DNA of 64,000 nt from an uncultured Desulfobacteraceae bacterium (GCA_964410925.1 CAYPIW010000086.1:17605-81604), one strand, 5' to 3'. Positions 10,071 to 19,788 are shown, counted from the first letter of the stretch. Notes: generated by a model not told the origin, from the sequence alone. Program-made: numbers and translations.

Positions 10071-11045
10071 TCACATGACAAAAATTAAAACCAGAGCGAT
10101 CACCAGTGAATAGATTCCGGTGGATTCGGAAACCGCCTGGCCTACCAGCATTGTTCTTACTAACTCTGCACTATTATTCTGATTTTTTCCTACCTGATCC
10201 ACTGCGCTGGACGCTGTCAGTCCTTCTCCGATTCCAGGACCAATAGCACCGACCCCCATGCATAAACCCGCAGCAAGTAAGGCCATGGCAGGTGCAAAAG
10301 TGTTTGTTGCCGGAAAGGTTTTGAACATCAGTATAAAGCTTATTAAAAGTCCGTATATGCCTGTTGTTTCAGTAACCGCCATTCCCAAGAGCATACTACT
10401 TGTCGAAGGTGTCGCTGCCGAAGGTTGCCTGGCCACCACCTTACAGCAGGCACCCGCAACCAAACCTTCGCCAAAACCCGGACCGGCGGCAGCTATTCCG
10501 CACGCAAGCCCTGCCCCCAGAACAGCCGCCCAGGTTGGGGAAAGGGGATGACCGGAGAAATCTAAATTTAAAAGAATAAGAGAAGTTACCAGAGCATAGA
10601 TTGCGGTTGTTTGGGCTATTGATGAACCCACCAGCATAATTGTGTTCAGGCGTTTGGTCATTGACGGCTGGCGTGCTATTCCGGCACATGCTTCGGCCGC
10701 AGGGAACCCTCCGCCCACACCTGGACCTATGGCTCCGAATCCCATACATAAACCGGCCCCTATATAAATTGGCACATTGATAATCGACGGATGGGGGTTT
10801 TTTAAAAACAGCAACATCATCGCAACGATCAGGCCGAAAATCCCGGCTGTCTCGGCAATGGCCTGTCCCACCAGCATGGTTTTAAAAATTTCACCTGACA
10901 TCTGGGGATTGCGCGATATGGCCTCATTGGCCTTGGAAGCCGCATATCCTTCACCAATTCCTGCTCCAATGGCGCTCAAACCCATGGAGATTCCGCTTCC
11001 CACAAATGCAGCCACATTTATCCAGATATTCATATCATATGACAT
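10071..11045 (-). CDS. fused ATP synthase c subunit with four tandem hairpins (about 8 TM)
   Basis: 324 aa containing four c-subunit repeats. The motif pairs are GAGIGEG/AIAETAGIF, GPGVGGG/SIAQTTAIY, GPGFGEG/AVTETTGIY and GPGIGEG/AVSESTGIY. It lies between atpB and atpE. Confidence 0.85.
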   Translation of the reverse strand: MSYDMNIWINVAAFVGSGISMGLSAIGAGIGEGYAASKANEAISRNPQMSGEIFKTMLVGQAIAETAGIFGLIVAMMLLFLKNPHPSIINVPIYIGAGLCMGFGAIGPGVGGGFPAAEACAGIARQPSMTKRLNTIMLVGSSIAQTTAIYALVTSLILLNLDFSGHPLSPTWAAVLGAGLACGIAAAGPGFGEGLVAGACCKVVARQPSAATPSTSSMLLGMAVTETTGIYGLLISFILMFKTFPATNTFAPAMALLAAGLCMGVGAIGPGIGEGLTASSAVDQVGKNQNNSAELVRTMLVGQAVSESTGIYSLVIALVLIFVM

Positions 11046-11048
11046 AAC

Positions 11049-11723
11049 TTAATTAACCTGCACTGAAATGTATACAAGCGTTAGCATGGTAAACACAAAA
11101 GCCTGAATGGTGCCGACAAAAAGTCCAAAAAAAGCATTTAAAAACGGTGGGAAAATGATACTGTAGGTCAGATAGGATACCACTAGAATAATAATCGACC
11201 CCCCCATAATATTGCCGAACAGACGGAATGAGATGGAAACAATCTTGGCAAGTTCACCGATTACGTTCAGCGGCGCCATGATAAAGATCGGGTGGCAGTA
11301 ATCTAATAGATACCGTTTTAAACCCTTGGCCTTAATTCCGGAATAATGGGCAATGAAAAACCCCATGATGCCCAGACTTAACGGCGTGTTGAGGTCCTTG
11401 GTCGGTTCTTCAAGGTGAGGAATGAGTCCCAGCCAGTTGCAAACTAACAGAAACATAAACAGCGCACATATTAGGGGTGCATATTTTTTTGCCAGCTTCT
11501 CATCCAGGGCATCCCCAGTCAAACCGTAAAGGCCTGTAATAAATAATTCTCCCACTACCTGTAAGGGCCCTGGCAGCATATTCCGTTTTCTGGCAGCCAA
11601 AAAACCAAAACAAATCAACCCTGAGATAACGATCCAGGTCATTACAATAATTTCAAGATTAAAGACCATATCGTGTCCGAAAAACGGAACGATGAGTTGA
11701 TGGATTCTACCTAAATCTTCCAT
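11049..11723 (-). CDS. atpB: F-type ATP synthase Fo subunit a
   Basis: 224-aa polytopic protein with the conserved a-subunit arginine region SISFRLFGNIMGG. Confidence 0.9.
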   Translation of the reverse strand: MEDLGRIHQLIVPFFGHDMVFNLEIIVMTWIVISGLICFGFLAARKRNMLPGPLQVVGELFITGLYGLTGDALDEKLAKKYAPLICALFMFLLVCNWLGLIPHLEEPTKDLNTPLSLGIMGFFIAHYSGIKAKGLKRYLLDYCHPIFIMAPLNVIGELAKIVSISFRLFGNIMGGSIIILVVSYLTYSIIFPPFLNAFFGLFVGTIQAFVFTMLTLVYISVQVN

Positions 11724-11735
11724 AATAAAATCTTC

Positions 11736-12122
11736 CTAAACCTGTTTTCCACGGGCGGACCATAACAAAGTTAACACGTGATCCGCCATAATAAAAATCT
11801 GGACAAAAAAGATACCGATAACGACAGCAACAAAATTGTAGTGTTCAAATTTTATGGCCAGTATCAATGGCACGGCTAAAATAAAATATCTGAACAGTAT
11901 GGAACTCAGGGAAAACAAAAAAGTTTTGCCTTTTGATTTGCCTATTTTTAAGGGAAGCGTTTCCCCCATTAAAATAAAATTGATAATACTGAAAATCGTT
12001 CCCAAAATCAAACCCTTGCCAATGGGTTTGAAATCCATCAGGATAAATAAAAGTCCTGTAAAAATTGCAACCATGATTGCTCGGGTACAGTATTTTTTTT
12101 GGGTTTGTCTAAGGGTCTCCAT
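11736..12122 (-). CDS. atpI: ATP synthase protein I (AtpI-like)
   Basis: 128 aa with four hydrophobic segments, positioned immediately upstream of atpB. Confidence 0.6.
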   Translation of the reverse strand: METLRQTQKKYCTRAIMVAIFTGLLFILMDFKPIGKGLILGTIFSIINFILMGETLPLKIGKSKGKTFLFSLSSILFRYFILAVPLILAIKFEHYNFVAVVIGIFFVQIFIMADHVLTLLWSARGKQV

Positions 12123-12393
12123 TTTCGGAATTTATTTTCTCATTTTCCTTTTGTTCGGTGATCTCGAGAATTTGACGATATACAACGTTTGCGCCACCGA
12201 TAACACCCAAAATAATAAAGATGCTGATAAACACCCCCCGTGTTCCCAGCCATCTGTCAAGATATAGTCCGATAAAAAAACAAAAAGTGATACAACCGGC
12301 CATCGTAAGGCCCAGTTGCGTAACGATATAAAGATTTTCGACCCAGGGACGGTTCCTTTTGTAGTCAAAAACCTTTCTTTTCTTTTTTGGCAT
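12109..12393 (-). CDS. atpZ: AtpZ-like small membrane protein (ATPase_gene1 family)
   Basis: 94 aa with a basic N-terminus and two TM helices (LGLTMAGCITFCFFIGLYLDRWLG). It is the first gene of the atp operon and overlaps atpI. Confidence 0.55.
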   Translation of the reverse strand: MPKKKRKVFDYKRNRPWVENLYIVTQLGLTMAGCITFCFFIGLYLDRWLGTRGVFISIFIILGVIGGANVVYRQILEITEQKENEKINSENGDP

Positions 12394-12712
12394 CCTGCCT
12401 GATAAAAACTTTATAAATTCGAAGCACTGCTTTGTTGTTTAATAAATGCCCCTGAAAAAAATGATAGACTGATAACAGATATTATTTGGAACTGTCAAGA
12501 AGATAAACGATTTTTTTTGCTTTATATGAATCGAAAAAAAAGTGTGATTGCATTAATTTTTTTTTGTAATATGGTATAAGTTATTCAACGCTTGTCCGAA
12601 TATCTTGTTTTTTTGGCCAAAAATTCGATACCTGAAGCCAGGGCCTCGAATTTCACATGGGTTTAAAACAAAATCTTAACTGTTAAAGATAAGAGTTTGA
12701 CTGAATGCCCCT

Positions 12713-13702
12713 ATGACACTTTCCGCCGTCGAAAAATTGCGCCGTTTTTATGAAGCGTTCGGGGGAGACAACACGGTTCTTATCCTGATCAATGCCGATC
12801 CGGATTCCATTGCAAGCGCGATGGCTGTCAAAAGATTGCTTTGGCGCAAAGTCTCCAGAGTAACCATTTCCAATATCAACATCATTAAACGTCCGGACAA
12901 TCTTGCAATGGTCCGACTATTGGATGTGGATCTTGTCTCCGTCAAAGACATTGTCAAAGACGCCTTCAACCGTTTTGTAATTGTGGATTCCCAGCCCGAT
13001 CATAATGAAATATTTAAAGAGTACCCGCCGCATGTCATTATAGACCATCATCCCGACACGGGCACGAATGCGCCTTTTGTGGATATCCGCCCGAAATACG
13101 GAGCAACTGCTACTATTATGACCGAATATTTAAGGGCGGCAAAAATTAAACCTTCCGGGAAACTGGCCACCGGCCTGTTTTACGCCATTAAAACAGATAC
13201 GGACAATTTCGTACGTCAAACCTTAATTGAAGATGTCAGGGCATTTCAGTTTCTTTACCGCCATGCAAATCTTCATCTTATCAACAAGATCGAGCAGTCG
13301 GAATTGACACTCGACTTTTTAAAATATTTCAAAAGTGCCCTTGATAGCAAACGGGTTCGTAAAGGACATATGTTTGCTTACCTCGGTCCGGTCGCAAATC
13401 CTGACATTTGCGTGATTATCGCAGATTTTTTTATGAAAATCATCTCGGTGAACTGGAGCATTGTCTCCGGGTTATATAGTAAAAAACTGATTATCGTGTT
13501 CAGAAACGACGGTCTTCGCAAGGATGCAGGTAAAGTCGCAAAACAAAGTTTCGGACAAATCGGTTCCGCAGGCGGCCATAAAAGCGCGGCACGTGCTGAA
13601 ATTTCAGTTGAAGCCTTAAAAGAAGTTGTCGATTATAAGGATGATAAAAAGCTTTTAAGATGGATCATCAACAAAATTGAAAAAAAAGCAGGAAAAAAAT
13701 GA
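12713..13702 (+). CDS. DHH-family phosphoesterase (NrnA-like oligoribonuclease/pAp phosphatase)
   Basis: 329 aa with DHH motifs (NADPDSIASA, VIIDHHPD) and a DHHA1 GGH motif (GSAGGHKSAARA). Confidence 0.8.
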   Translation: MTLSAVEKLRRFYEAFGGDNTVLILINADPDSIASAMAVKRLLWRKVSRVTISNINIIKRPDNLAMVRLLDVDLVSVKDIVKDAFNRFVIVDSQPDHNEIFKEYPPHVIIDHHPDTGTNAPFVDIRPKYGATATIMTEYLRAAKIKPSGKLATGLFYAIKTDTDNFVRQTLIEDVRAFQFLYRHANLHLINKIEQSELTLDFLKYFKSALDSKRVRKGHMFAYLGPVANPDICVIIADFFMKIISVNWSIVSGLYSKKLIIVFRNDGLRKDAGKVAKQSFGQIGSAGGHKSAARAEISVEALKEVVDYKDDKKLLRWIINKIEKKAGKK

Positions 13703-14484
13703 GTACTGCTTCCGTCGAAATATCTGTCACCATTTTGGGTTCCGGAACATGCGTGCCTTCTCTTAAGCGCAGTTCATGCTCAATACTCATGAAAATAAGG
13801 GACAAATTTCTTTTGTTCGATTCCGGAGCCGGTACCATGCGCAGGCTTCTTGAATACGGTATTGAGATTTTCGATATTTCTTTTGTCTTTTACAGTCATT
13901 TCCACCCGGATCATACCGCTGAACTGGTCCCGTTTTTATTCGCCAACAAATATCCCGACGGAAGCCGGCGTAACATTCCGCTGACCCTGACGGCCGGAAG
14001 AGGCTTCACAAAATTCTATGACAACCTGAAAAATGTTTACGGCCGCTGGATCGAACTTGGACCGGATCTTTTAACCATTGTTGAACTCGACAATACCGGT
14101 CATGACATGATAGCGTTTGATGATTTTAAAGTGGAATCGCTTCCGGTTGAGCACAACCCGGAAAGCATTGCATTCAGAATAACCAGTCCCGGCGGGACAT
14201 CCGCGGTCTATTCCGGAGATACGGATTTTTCAGAAAACCTGGTGACCCTTTCAAAGGATGCGGATCTTCTTGTTTGTGAATCGGCGCTTCCCGATGAATT
14301 GAAGGTAAAAGGGCATCTTACCCCTTCTCTGGCAGGGGAGATTGCAACCCGGGCCAATGTTCGCAAACTGGTGTTGACCCATTTTTATCCGGAATGCAAC
14401 CGGGTCGATATCGAGAAACAGTGCCGAAAAACCTATTCCGGACCTCTGCTCCTTGCAGAAGATCTGATGCAAATCCATCTATAG
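13699..14484 (+). CDS. MBL-fold metallo-hydrolase (RNase Z/BN-like)
   Basis: 261 aa with the HxHxDH motif (YSHFHPDH). It overlaps the DHH gene stop by 4 nt (ATGA). Confidence 0.75.
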   Translation: MSTASVEISVTILGSGTCVPSLKRSSCSILMKIRDKFLLFDSGAGTMRRLLEYGIEIFDISFVFYSHFHPDHTAELVPFLFANKYPDGSRRNIPLTLTAGRGFTKFYDNLKNVYGRWIELGPDLLTIVELDNTGHDMIAFDDFKVESLPVEHNPESIAFRITSPGGTSAVYSGDTDFSENLVTLSKDADLLVCESALPDELKVKGHLTPSLAGEIATRANVRKLVLTHFYPECNRVDIEKQCRKTYSGPLLLAEDLMQIHL

Positions 14485-17400
14485 CAATCCAACGGCGTCG
14501 GACGCCGGTTCTGTGGAATGATCCCGTGCAATCAGCATGTAAATGGACGGAACAATAAAAAGGGTGAAAAGACTGCCGATGGCCATGCCGCCGACGATCA
14601 CCAGACCGATGGAATTTCGCGCCGCGGCACCTGCGCCCGTAACCAGGGTCAACGGGAAATGACCGGCAATCGTGGCTCCGGTGGTCATGAGAATCGGTCG
14701 CAGCCGCGTCAAGGCCGCCTCTCGAACCGCCTCGTGTTTGGATCGTCCCTCTGCCTGGACCTTATTGGCAAACTCCACAATAAGAATGCCGTTCTTGGAC
14801 ACCAGCCCCACCAGCGTCACGAGGCCCACCTGGGAATAGATATTCATTGTAGAGGTCCAGCCGTGGGTCCAAAACGGAATATTGGGGTCCGGCATTTTAA
14901 GGAAAGTGAATACCAGCGCACCGAACATGGCCAGCGGCACCGATCCGGCAAGGATGACAAAAGGGTCGCGAAAGCTGTTAAATTGTGCGGCCAGCACTAA
15001 AAAAATAAGCACCACGGCAAACCCGAAAGCGGGCAGGAATTTGTTGGCTTCCATGCGCAACTGGCGGGATTCTCCGGTGTAATCAATTATGTAGCCTTTT
15101 GGAAGAATTTTTGCCGCTTCGTCCTCAAGATAGCGAAGCGCTTCATCCAGGGGACGCACCGATACCCCGCTGATCTTTACGGCATTTAACTGCTGGAATC
15201 GGTTCATGGAGCGCGGTACGGTGGTATTACGGATGGAAGCCACCGTACTGAAGGGCACCAGATGACCCTCCGGGCCGGTGATATAAATATTATTGAGCTG
15301 TTCCGGATTGAGTCGATCCACCCGTTTGATTTGGGGAATGACCTTGTAGCTGCGGCCGGCGATATTAAAGCGATTCACGAAATCTCCCCCCAGCATGGAC
15401 GCCATGTCTGCCCCAACCTGCTCAAGGTTGAGACCCAGGTCCGCCACCCGATCACGATCAATAACCAGTTCTGCCTGGGGCTGGTCAATCTTAACGTCAA
15501 TAATGGGGGGAAAAGCAAACAAGCCGCTTTGCATGGCCTTGATCTGAATCTGTTTGGCAAAGGAGAGGATCTGTTCCGATTCTGCCGTGGAAGCAAGGAT
15601 AAACTCAACGGGGAACTCCCCTCCCCCGGGAAGCGCCGCCGGTGTTACCGGAAGCACTCGAACCCCGGGTATGGCATGCAATTTTTGCTGCACTTCGGGC
15701 AAAATCTGAAAAATATTCCGTTCTCGTTCGCTCCAGGGGACAGTGGCCATACCGCCGAATCCGGAGGAGGGCATGGTCAGCTGAAATGTGTGGTCCGTTT
15801 CCGGTATACTTAAGAAAACCTGGTTCACCGCAGCCGCAGAATGACTGGTCTGGTCAAGGGTTGCGTTTGCCGCAGCATCAATGATACCGAAGATCACCCC
15901 CTGATCCTCGGAAGGTGCAAGTTCTGCCGGAGACATGATAAACATAGGGATAGTGAGCAAACTGACCACTAACCACACTATATAGACCGCCGGACGGGCG
16001 TTAAGAGTGGCATTCAGCAATCGTCCGTATCCGTCTCTAACACGGCTGAACCCCCGGGAAATTTTTCCGGCCAGTCCCCGTTCTTCAATCCCCGGTTTCA
16101 GTAATTTGGATGCCATCATCGGAGAAAGCGTCAGGGCCACCAAACCGGAAATGGTCACCGCACCGGCCAGGGTAAACGCAAACTCCCTGAAAAGCGATCC
16201 GGTAAGCCCTCCCTGCAAAGCGATGGGGATGTAAACCGCCGCAAGGGAAACCGTCATGGCAATGATAGGACCGACAAGTTCACGGGCCCCCAGTATTGCG
16301 GCATCAAAGGGAGACAGCCCTCTTCTCAGATGCCGCTCCACATTTTCCACCACCACGATGGCATCGTCCACCACAAGCCCCACGGAAAGTACGATGGCAA
16401 GCAGGGTGAGCAAGTTAATGGTAAAGCCAAACATCTGCATCAGAAAGACCGCGCCGATAAGGGACAGGGGAATGGCGACCACAGGGATTAATACGGATCG
16501 AAAGGAACCGAGAAACAGAAAAATAATGATCACAACAATGAGCAGGGTTTCACCGAGGGTTTTGGTCACTTCTCGAATGGCGTTTTGGATGTATTTGGTG
16601 CCATCGTAGGCAACGCTCGCGTCCATTCCTGTGGGAAGTTCCTTTTGAATGCCTTGCATCTGGACACGAATCCGGTTAATGACATCCAGGGAATTGGCAT
16701 TCGGCAGGGGCCAGATGCCCATAAACACGGCGGTTTGTCCTGAAAAACGCACTTCCGTATCATAATCTTCCGCCCCCAACACGATGTCTGCAATATCCTC
16801 AAGTCTGATAATGGCGCCATTCTGCTGCCGGATAACCAGCTGTTTGAATTCTTTTGTGGAGCGCAGGTCCGTATCGGCGGTCAGATTCACCTGAATCAGC
16901 GCCCCTTTGGTCCGGCCCACTGCGGCAAGGTAATTGTTGGCGGCCAGCGCGCGTCGCACCTGCACCGGGCTGACGTTGAATGCCGCCATGCGATCGGGCT
17001 TCAGCCAGATGCGCATGGCAAATGTCCTGCCGCCGAGAATATCGGCCCGTTGCACCCCTTCTACCGAAGAGAGTCGGGGTTGAACCACACGAACCAGGTA
17101 GTCGGTGATCTCATTTTGCATCAGCACATCGGAAGTAAAACTCAGATACGATGAGGCAAACCGGCTCTCGGCCGATTCCACATTAATGATGGGAACCTCT
17201 GCTTCCGGGGGCAAATCGTTTCGAACCTGATCCACCTTGGAACTGATTTCGGAAAGCGCCTGGATGGGATCGTAATTGAGTTTCAAGCGAATGTTGATGG
17301 TGGAGAGGCCCAGTGCGCTTTGAGATTCCATATAGTCGATGCCGTCGGCCGCGGCAATGGCACGTTCCAGGGGGGTGGTAATAAATCCCCGGACAAGATC

Positions 17401-17568
17401 GGCGCTTGCCCCCACATAAACCGTCGTGACCGTAACCATGGAAGTCTCGTTGCGGGGATACTGGCGAATATTGAGCGACCGAATCGCCTGCAGGCCCGCA
17501 ATAATAATCAAAAGATTAATGACCCATGCAAGGACCGGACGACGGATAAACAGATCGGTTAATTTCAT
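14479..17568 (-). CDS. RND efflux transporter, inner-membrane permease (AcrB/MdtB-like)
   Basis: 1029 aa with a 12-TM architecture and two large periplasmic loops. The N-terminus is the typical FIRRPVLAWVINLLI. Confidence 0.9.
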   Translation of the reverse strand: MKLTDLFIRRPVLAWVINLLIIIAGLQAIRSLNIRQYPRNETSMVTVTTVYVGASADLVRGFITTPLERAIAAADGIDYMESQSALGLSTINIRLKLNYDPIQALSEISSKVDQVRNDLPPEAEVPIINVESAESRFASSYLSFTSDVLMQNEITDYLVRVVQPRLSSVEGVQRADILGGRTFAMRIWLKPDRMAAFNVSPVQVRRALAANNYLAAVGRTKGALIQVNLTADTDLRSTKEFKQLVIRQQNGAIIRLEDIADIVLGAEDYDTEVRFSGQTAVFMGIWPLPNANSLDVINRIRVQMQGIQKELPTGMDASVAYDGTKYIQNAIREVTKTLGETLLIVVIIIFLFLGSFRSVLIPVVAIPLSLIGAVFLMQMFGFTINLLTLLAIVLSVGLVVDDAIVVVENVERHLRRGLSPFDAAILGARELVGPIIAMTVSLAAVYIPIALQGGLTGSLFREFAFTLAGAVTISGLVALTLSPMMASKLLKPGIEERGLAGKISRGFSRVRDGYGRLLNATLNARPAVYIVWLVVSLLTIPMFIMSPAELAPSEDQGVIFGIIDAAANATLDQTSHSAAAVNQVFLSIPETDHTFQLTMPSSGFGGMATVPWSERERNIFQILPEVQQKLHAIPGVRVLPVTPAALPGGGEFPVEFILASTAESEQILSFAKQIQIKAMQSGLFAFPPIIDVKIDQPQAELVIDRDRVADLGLNLEQVGADMASMLGGDFVNRFNIAGRSYKVIPQIKRVDRLNPEQLNNIYITGPEGHLVPFSTVASIRNTTVPRSMNRFQQLNAVKISGVSVRPLDEALRYLEDEAAKILPKGYIIDYTGESRQLRMEANKFLPAFGFAVVLIFLVLAAQFNSFRDPFVILAGSVPLAMFGALVFTFLKMPDPNIPFWTHGWTSTMNIYSQVGLVTLVGLVSKNGILIVEFANKVQAEGRSKHEAVREAALTRLRPILMTTGATIAGHFPLTLVTGAGAAARNSIGLVIVGGMAIGSLFTLFIVPSIYMLIARDHSTEPASDAVGLL

Positions 17569-17685
17569 GCCTTAACCATAGTAATATGAGTTGAACGTAA
17601 CCACTCGGGTGGACGGGCTGAAGGCTGAAGTTGATCTATCCACCCAAGTTACAAAGAAACTTCATTTGTGTTGCGTGTTTTTGAA

Positions 17686-18822
17686 TTACGCATCTGCCGG
17701 TTCAGGCATTTGCTTGAATTCGGGAGACAGGGTATTGTCTATAACAACGGCCTGGCCGTTTCGAAGCTTGAACACGCCGGTAGTGACCACTGTATCCCCC
17801 GGTTTGAGTCCGGAAATAATCGATACAAAGTCCCCGCGTTTTTCTCCCAAACGAACGAATTTTTGGTTCAGCACCAGGCCGGAGGATTCTTTTGCATCAT
17901 TTTTTTTCTCTTCAACCACAAACACGGAGTCTCCGTAAGGTGCATACAGCACCGAGGTGGAGGGAATGGCGAGCACCTCAATCCTGTCCGGCAACACCAC
18001 CGATACGTTCACGTACATGCCGGGACGAAGCAGCTTTGCCGGATTTTCCACGGTTGCCTGGATCCGAATGTTTCGGGTAGCGGCATCAACCTGGGGGTTT
18101 ATGGCTGTAATTTTTCCGGAAATCAGCTGTCCCGGAAACGCATTGGTGGTCAGGCGAATGGCCAGACCCGGGTGTATTTGGCCAAGCCGTTGCTGGGGTA
18201 AAAGAAAATTCACATAAATGGGATCCAGAGACTGGAGTGAAACAATCTCATCCCCCTCATTGAGCGTTTGCCCCAGGTTCACCTGGCGAATACCGAGACG
18301 GCCGGCAAACGGGGCTCGAATGGTCTTCTTTCCGATCACTGCACGAATGTTATCTGCCTGGGCCATCGCCTGTTTATACTTTGCATCGGCATTATCAAAA
18401 TCGGATTGGGATACGGTTTTATTGGCCACCAGTTTTTTTATGCGCTCAAAATTTATTTTTGCGAGGGCCACCTCAGCCTCGGCCGCGCGCAACTGCGCCG
18501 ATTCTACCGACGTATCCTGCTGCACCAAAAGATCACCCGCTTTCACCACGGAGCCCGGTTCAAAGGCGATATGCACCACTTTTCCCTTAAGTTCCGCGGT
18601 AATGATTACTCCCTGCACGGCTTCCAGGGAGCCGACAGCGGTTAAAAACGATTCCCACGAGTCGGTTTCGGCCATGGTCGTTGTAACAACTTCCGGCGGC
18701 GGTACAAAACTGTCCCCATGGGCGATCATCCGTCTGATTTGAAGGCTTTTAATCCCGGCCAGCCCTCCAACCAACACAATTAGTCCAATCAAAGTGATAA
18801 TTATTCGTTTTATCATAACCAT
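17686..18822 (-). CDS. RND efflux periplasmic adaptor (membrane fusion protein)
   Basis: 378 aa with an N-terminal TM anchor, a lipoyl-like/alpha-hairpin region (ALAKINFERIKKL) and a beta-barrel. It lies upstream of the RND pump. Confidence 0.85.
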   Translation of the reverse strand: MVMIKRIIITLIGLIVLVGGLAGIKSLQIRRMIAHGDSFVPPPEVVTTTMAETDSWESFLTAVGSLEAVQGVIITAELKGKVVHIAFEPGSVVKAGDLLVQQDTSVESAQLRAAEAEVALAKINFERIKKLVANKTVSQSDFDNADAKYKQAMAQADNIRAVIGKKTIRAPFAGRLGIRQVNLGQTLNEGDEIVSLQSLDPIYVNFLLPQQRLGQIHPGLAIRLTTNAFPGQLISGKITAINPQVDAATRNIRIQATVENPAKLLRPGMYVNVSVVLPDRIEVLAIPSTSVLYAPYGDSVFVVEEKKNDAKESSGLVLNQKFVRLGEKRGDFVSIISGLKPGDTVVTTGVFKLRNGQAVVIDNTLSPEFKQMPEPADA

Positions 18823-19059
18823 ACGTTCTTTGCCGAGCCCTTACATCCGGCACTGCTTTTTGATGTTCCATCCGGTTTTCACCAAAAATGTAGAGATTAC
18901 CCCATTTGAAGGAGATATTCAAGAGAAACTCGCCGTCGCTTTGCTGCACCAAAATTAAAGATCAAAAAGTGATTGCTTAATCAATAAGACCTGCTATAAA
19001 TTTAGAAAATTAATTGAAATGCTAATAAAAATAAAACTTGGAGATTAAAGGAGGAAGCA

Positions 19060-19788
19060 ATGAAAAAAACATTTATTCAAGTCCTTACGGTGAGCCTGAT
19101 GCTCATCGCTCATTCTGCCTTTGCTCAATGTCCGTCTGCCCGGGATTGCAATTTAATTCTTACCGACGGCATGGCCGAGGTCACGGGCCAAAATGATTCA
19201 GCCAAAGTCTCCGTTGCCGTCGTGACCCAGGGGCGAAATTTGGAACAGGTTAGCTTAGAAAATGCCGGCAAAACCAAAGCGGTCATACAATCCATAAAGG
19301 GTTTGAACATTAAAGATCTTAAACTGAAGACTTCCGACTATCGCGTTACGCCTCAGAGGGATTATAAAGCCAGGCCCCCCAAAATTAACGGGTATGAAGT
19401 ACACAATGCCATTGAAATTACGCTGGAAGGATTTGAGCCCGAGCCTTTATCCAAGACTGTTTCCATAATGATCGAAAAAGCTCTGGAGAGTGGTTCCAAC
19501 AATATCAATCAAATTCAATTTTATATTAAAAACAAATCAGCATTGGAAAAGAAAGCCTTAAAACAATCAACTCGGCAAGCCATGGATCGGGCGATAACTC
19601 TGGCCGAGTCAGCGGGCGTGAAATTAAAACGCATTGTTTCACTCAGCACCCAGCCGATTCACATACCGACCCGGCAAGATATGCTTCGGGCAGCCGGAAT
19701 GAGAACCGAAGCCTCACCAGCACCGCCCATTGAGACAGGAGAAAGTACAATTCGCGTTCAGGTCAGCATTGCATATGAAATAGAATGA
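19060..19788 (+). CDS. SIMPL-domain (DUF541) periplasmic protein
   Basis: 242 aa with a signal peptide (MLIAHSAFA). The SIMPL-like layout is visible in YEVHNAIEITLEG and QIQFYIKNKSALEKKALKQSTRQAMDRA. Confidence 0.65.
   Translation: MKKTFIQVLTVSLMLIAHSAFAQCPSARDCNLILTDGMAEVTGQNDSAKVSVAVVTQGRNLEQVSLENAGKTKAVIQSIKGLNIKDLKLKTSDYRVTPQRDYKARPPKINGYEVHNAIEITLEGFEPEPLSKTVSIMIEKALESGSNNINQIQFYIKNKSALEKKALKQSTRQAMDRAITLAESAGVKLKRIVSLSTQPIHIPTRQDMLRAAGMRTEASPAPPIETGESTIRVQVSIAYEIE

Noticed and set aside
8707-12393. N-ATPase operon.
   Set aside because: N-ATPase loci start with atpD-atpC and carry atpQ/atpR and a single b subunit. Here there are no F1 genes, and there are b and b' subunits plus AtpZ/AtpI-type genes.
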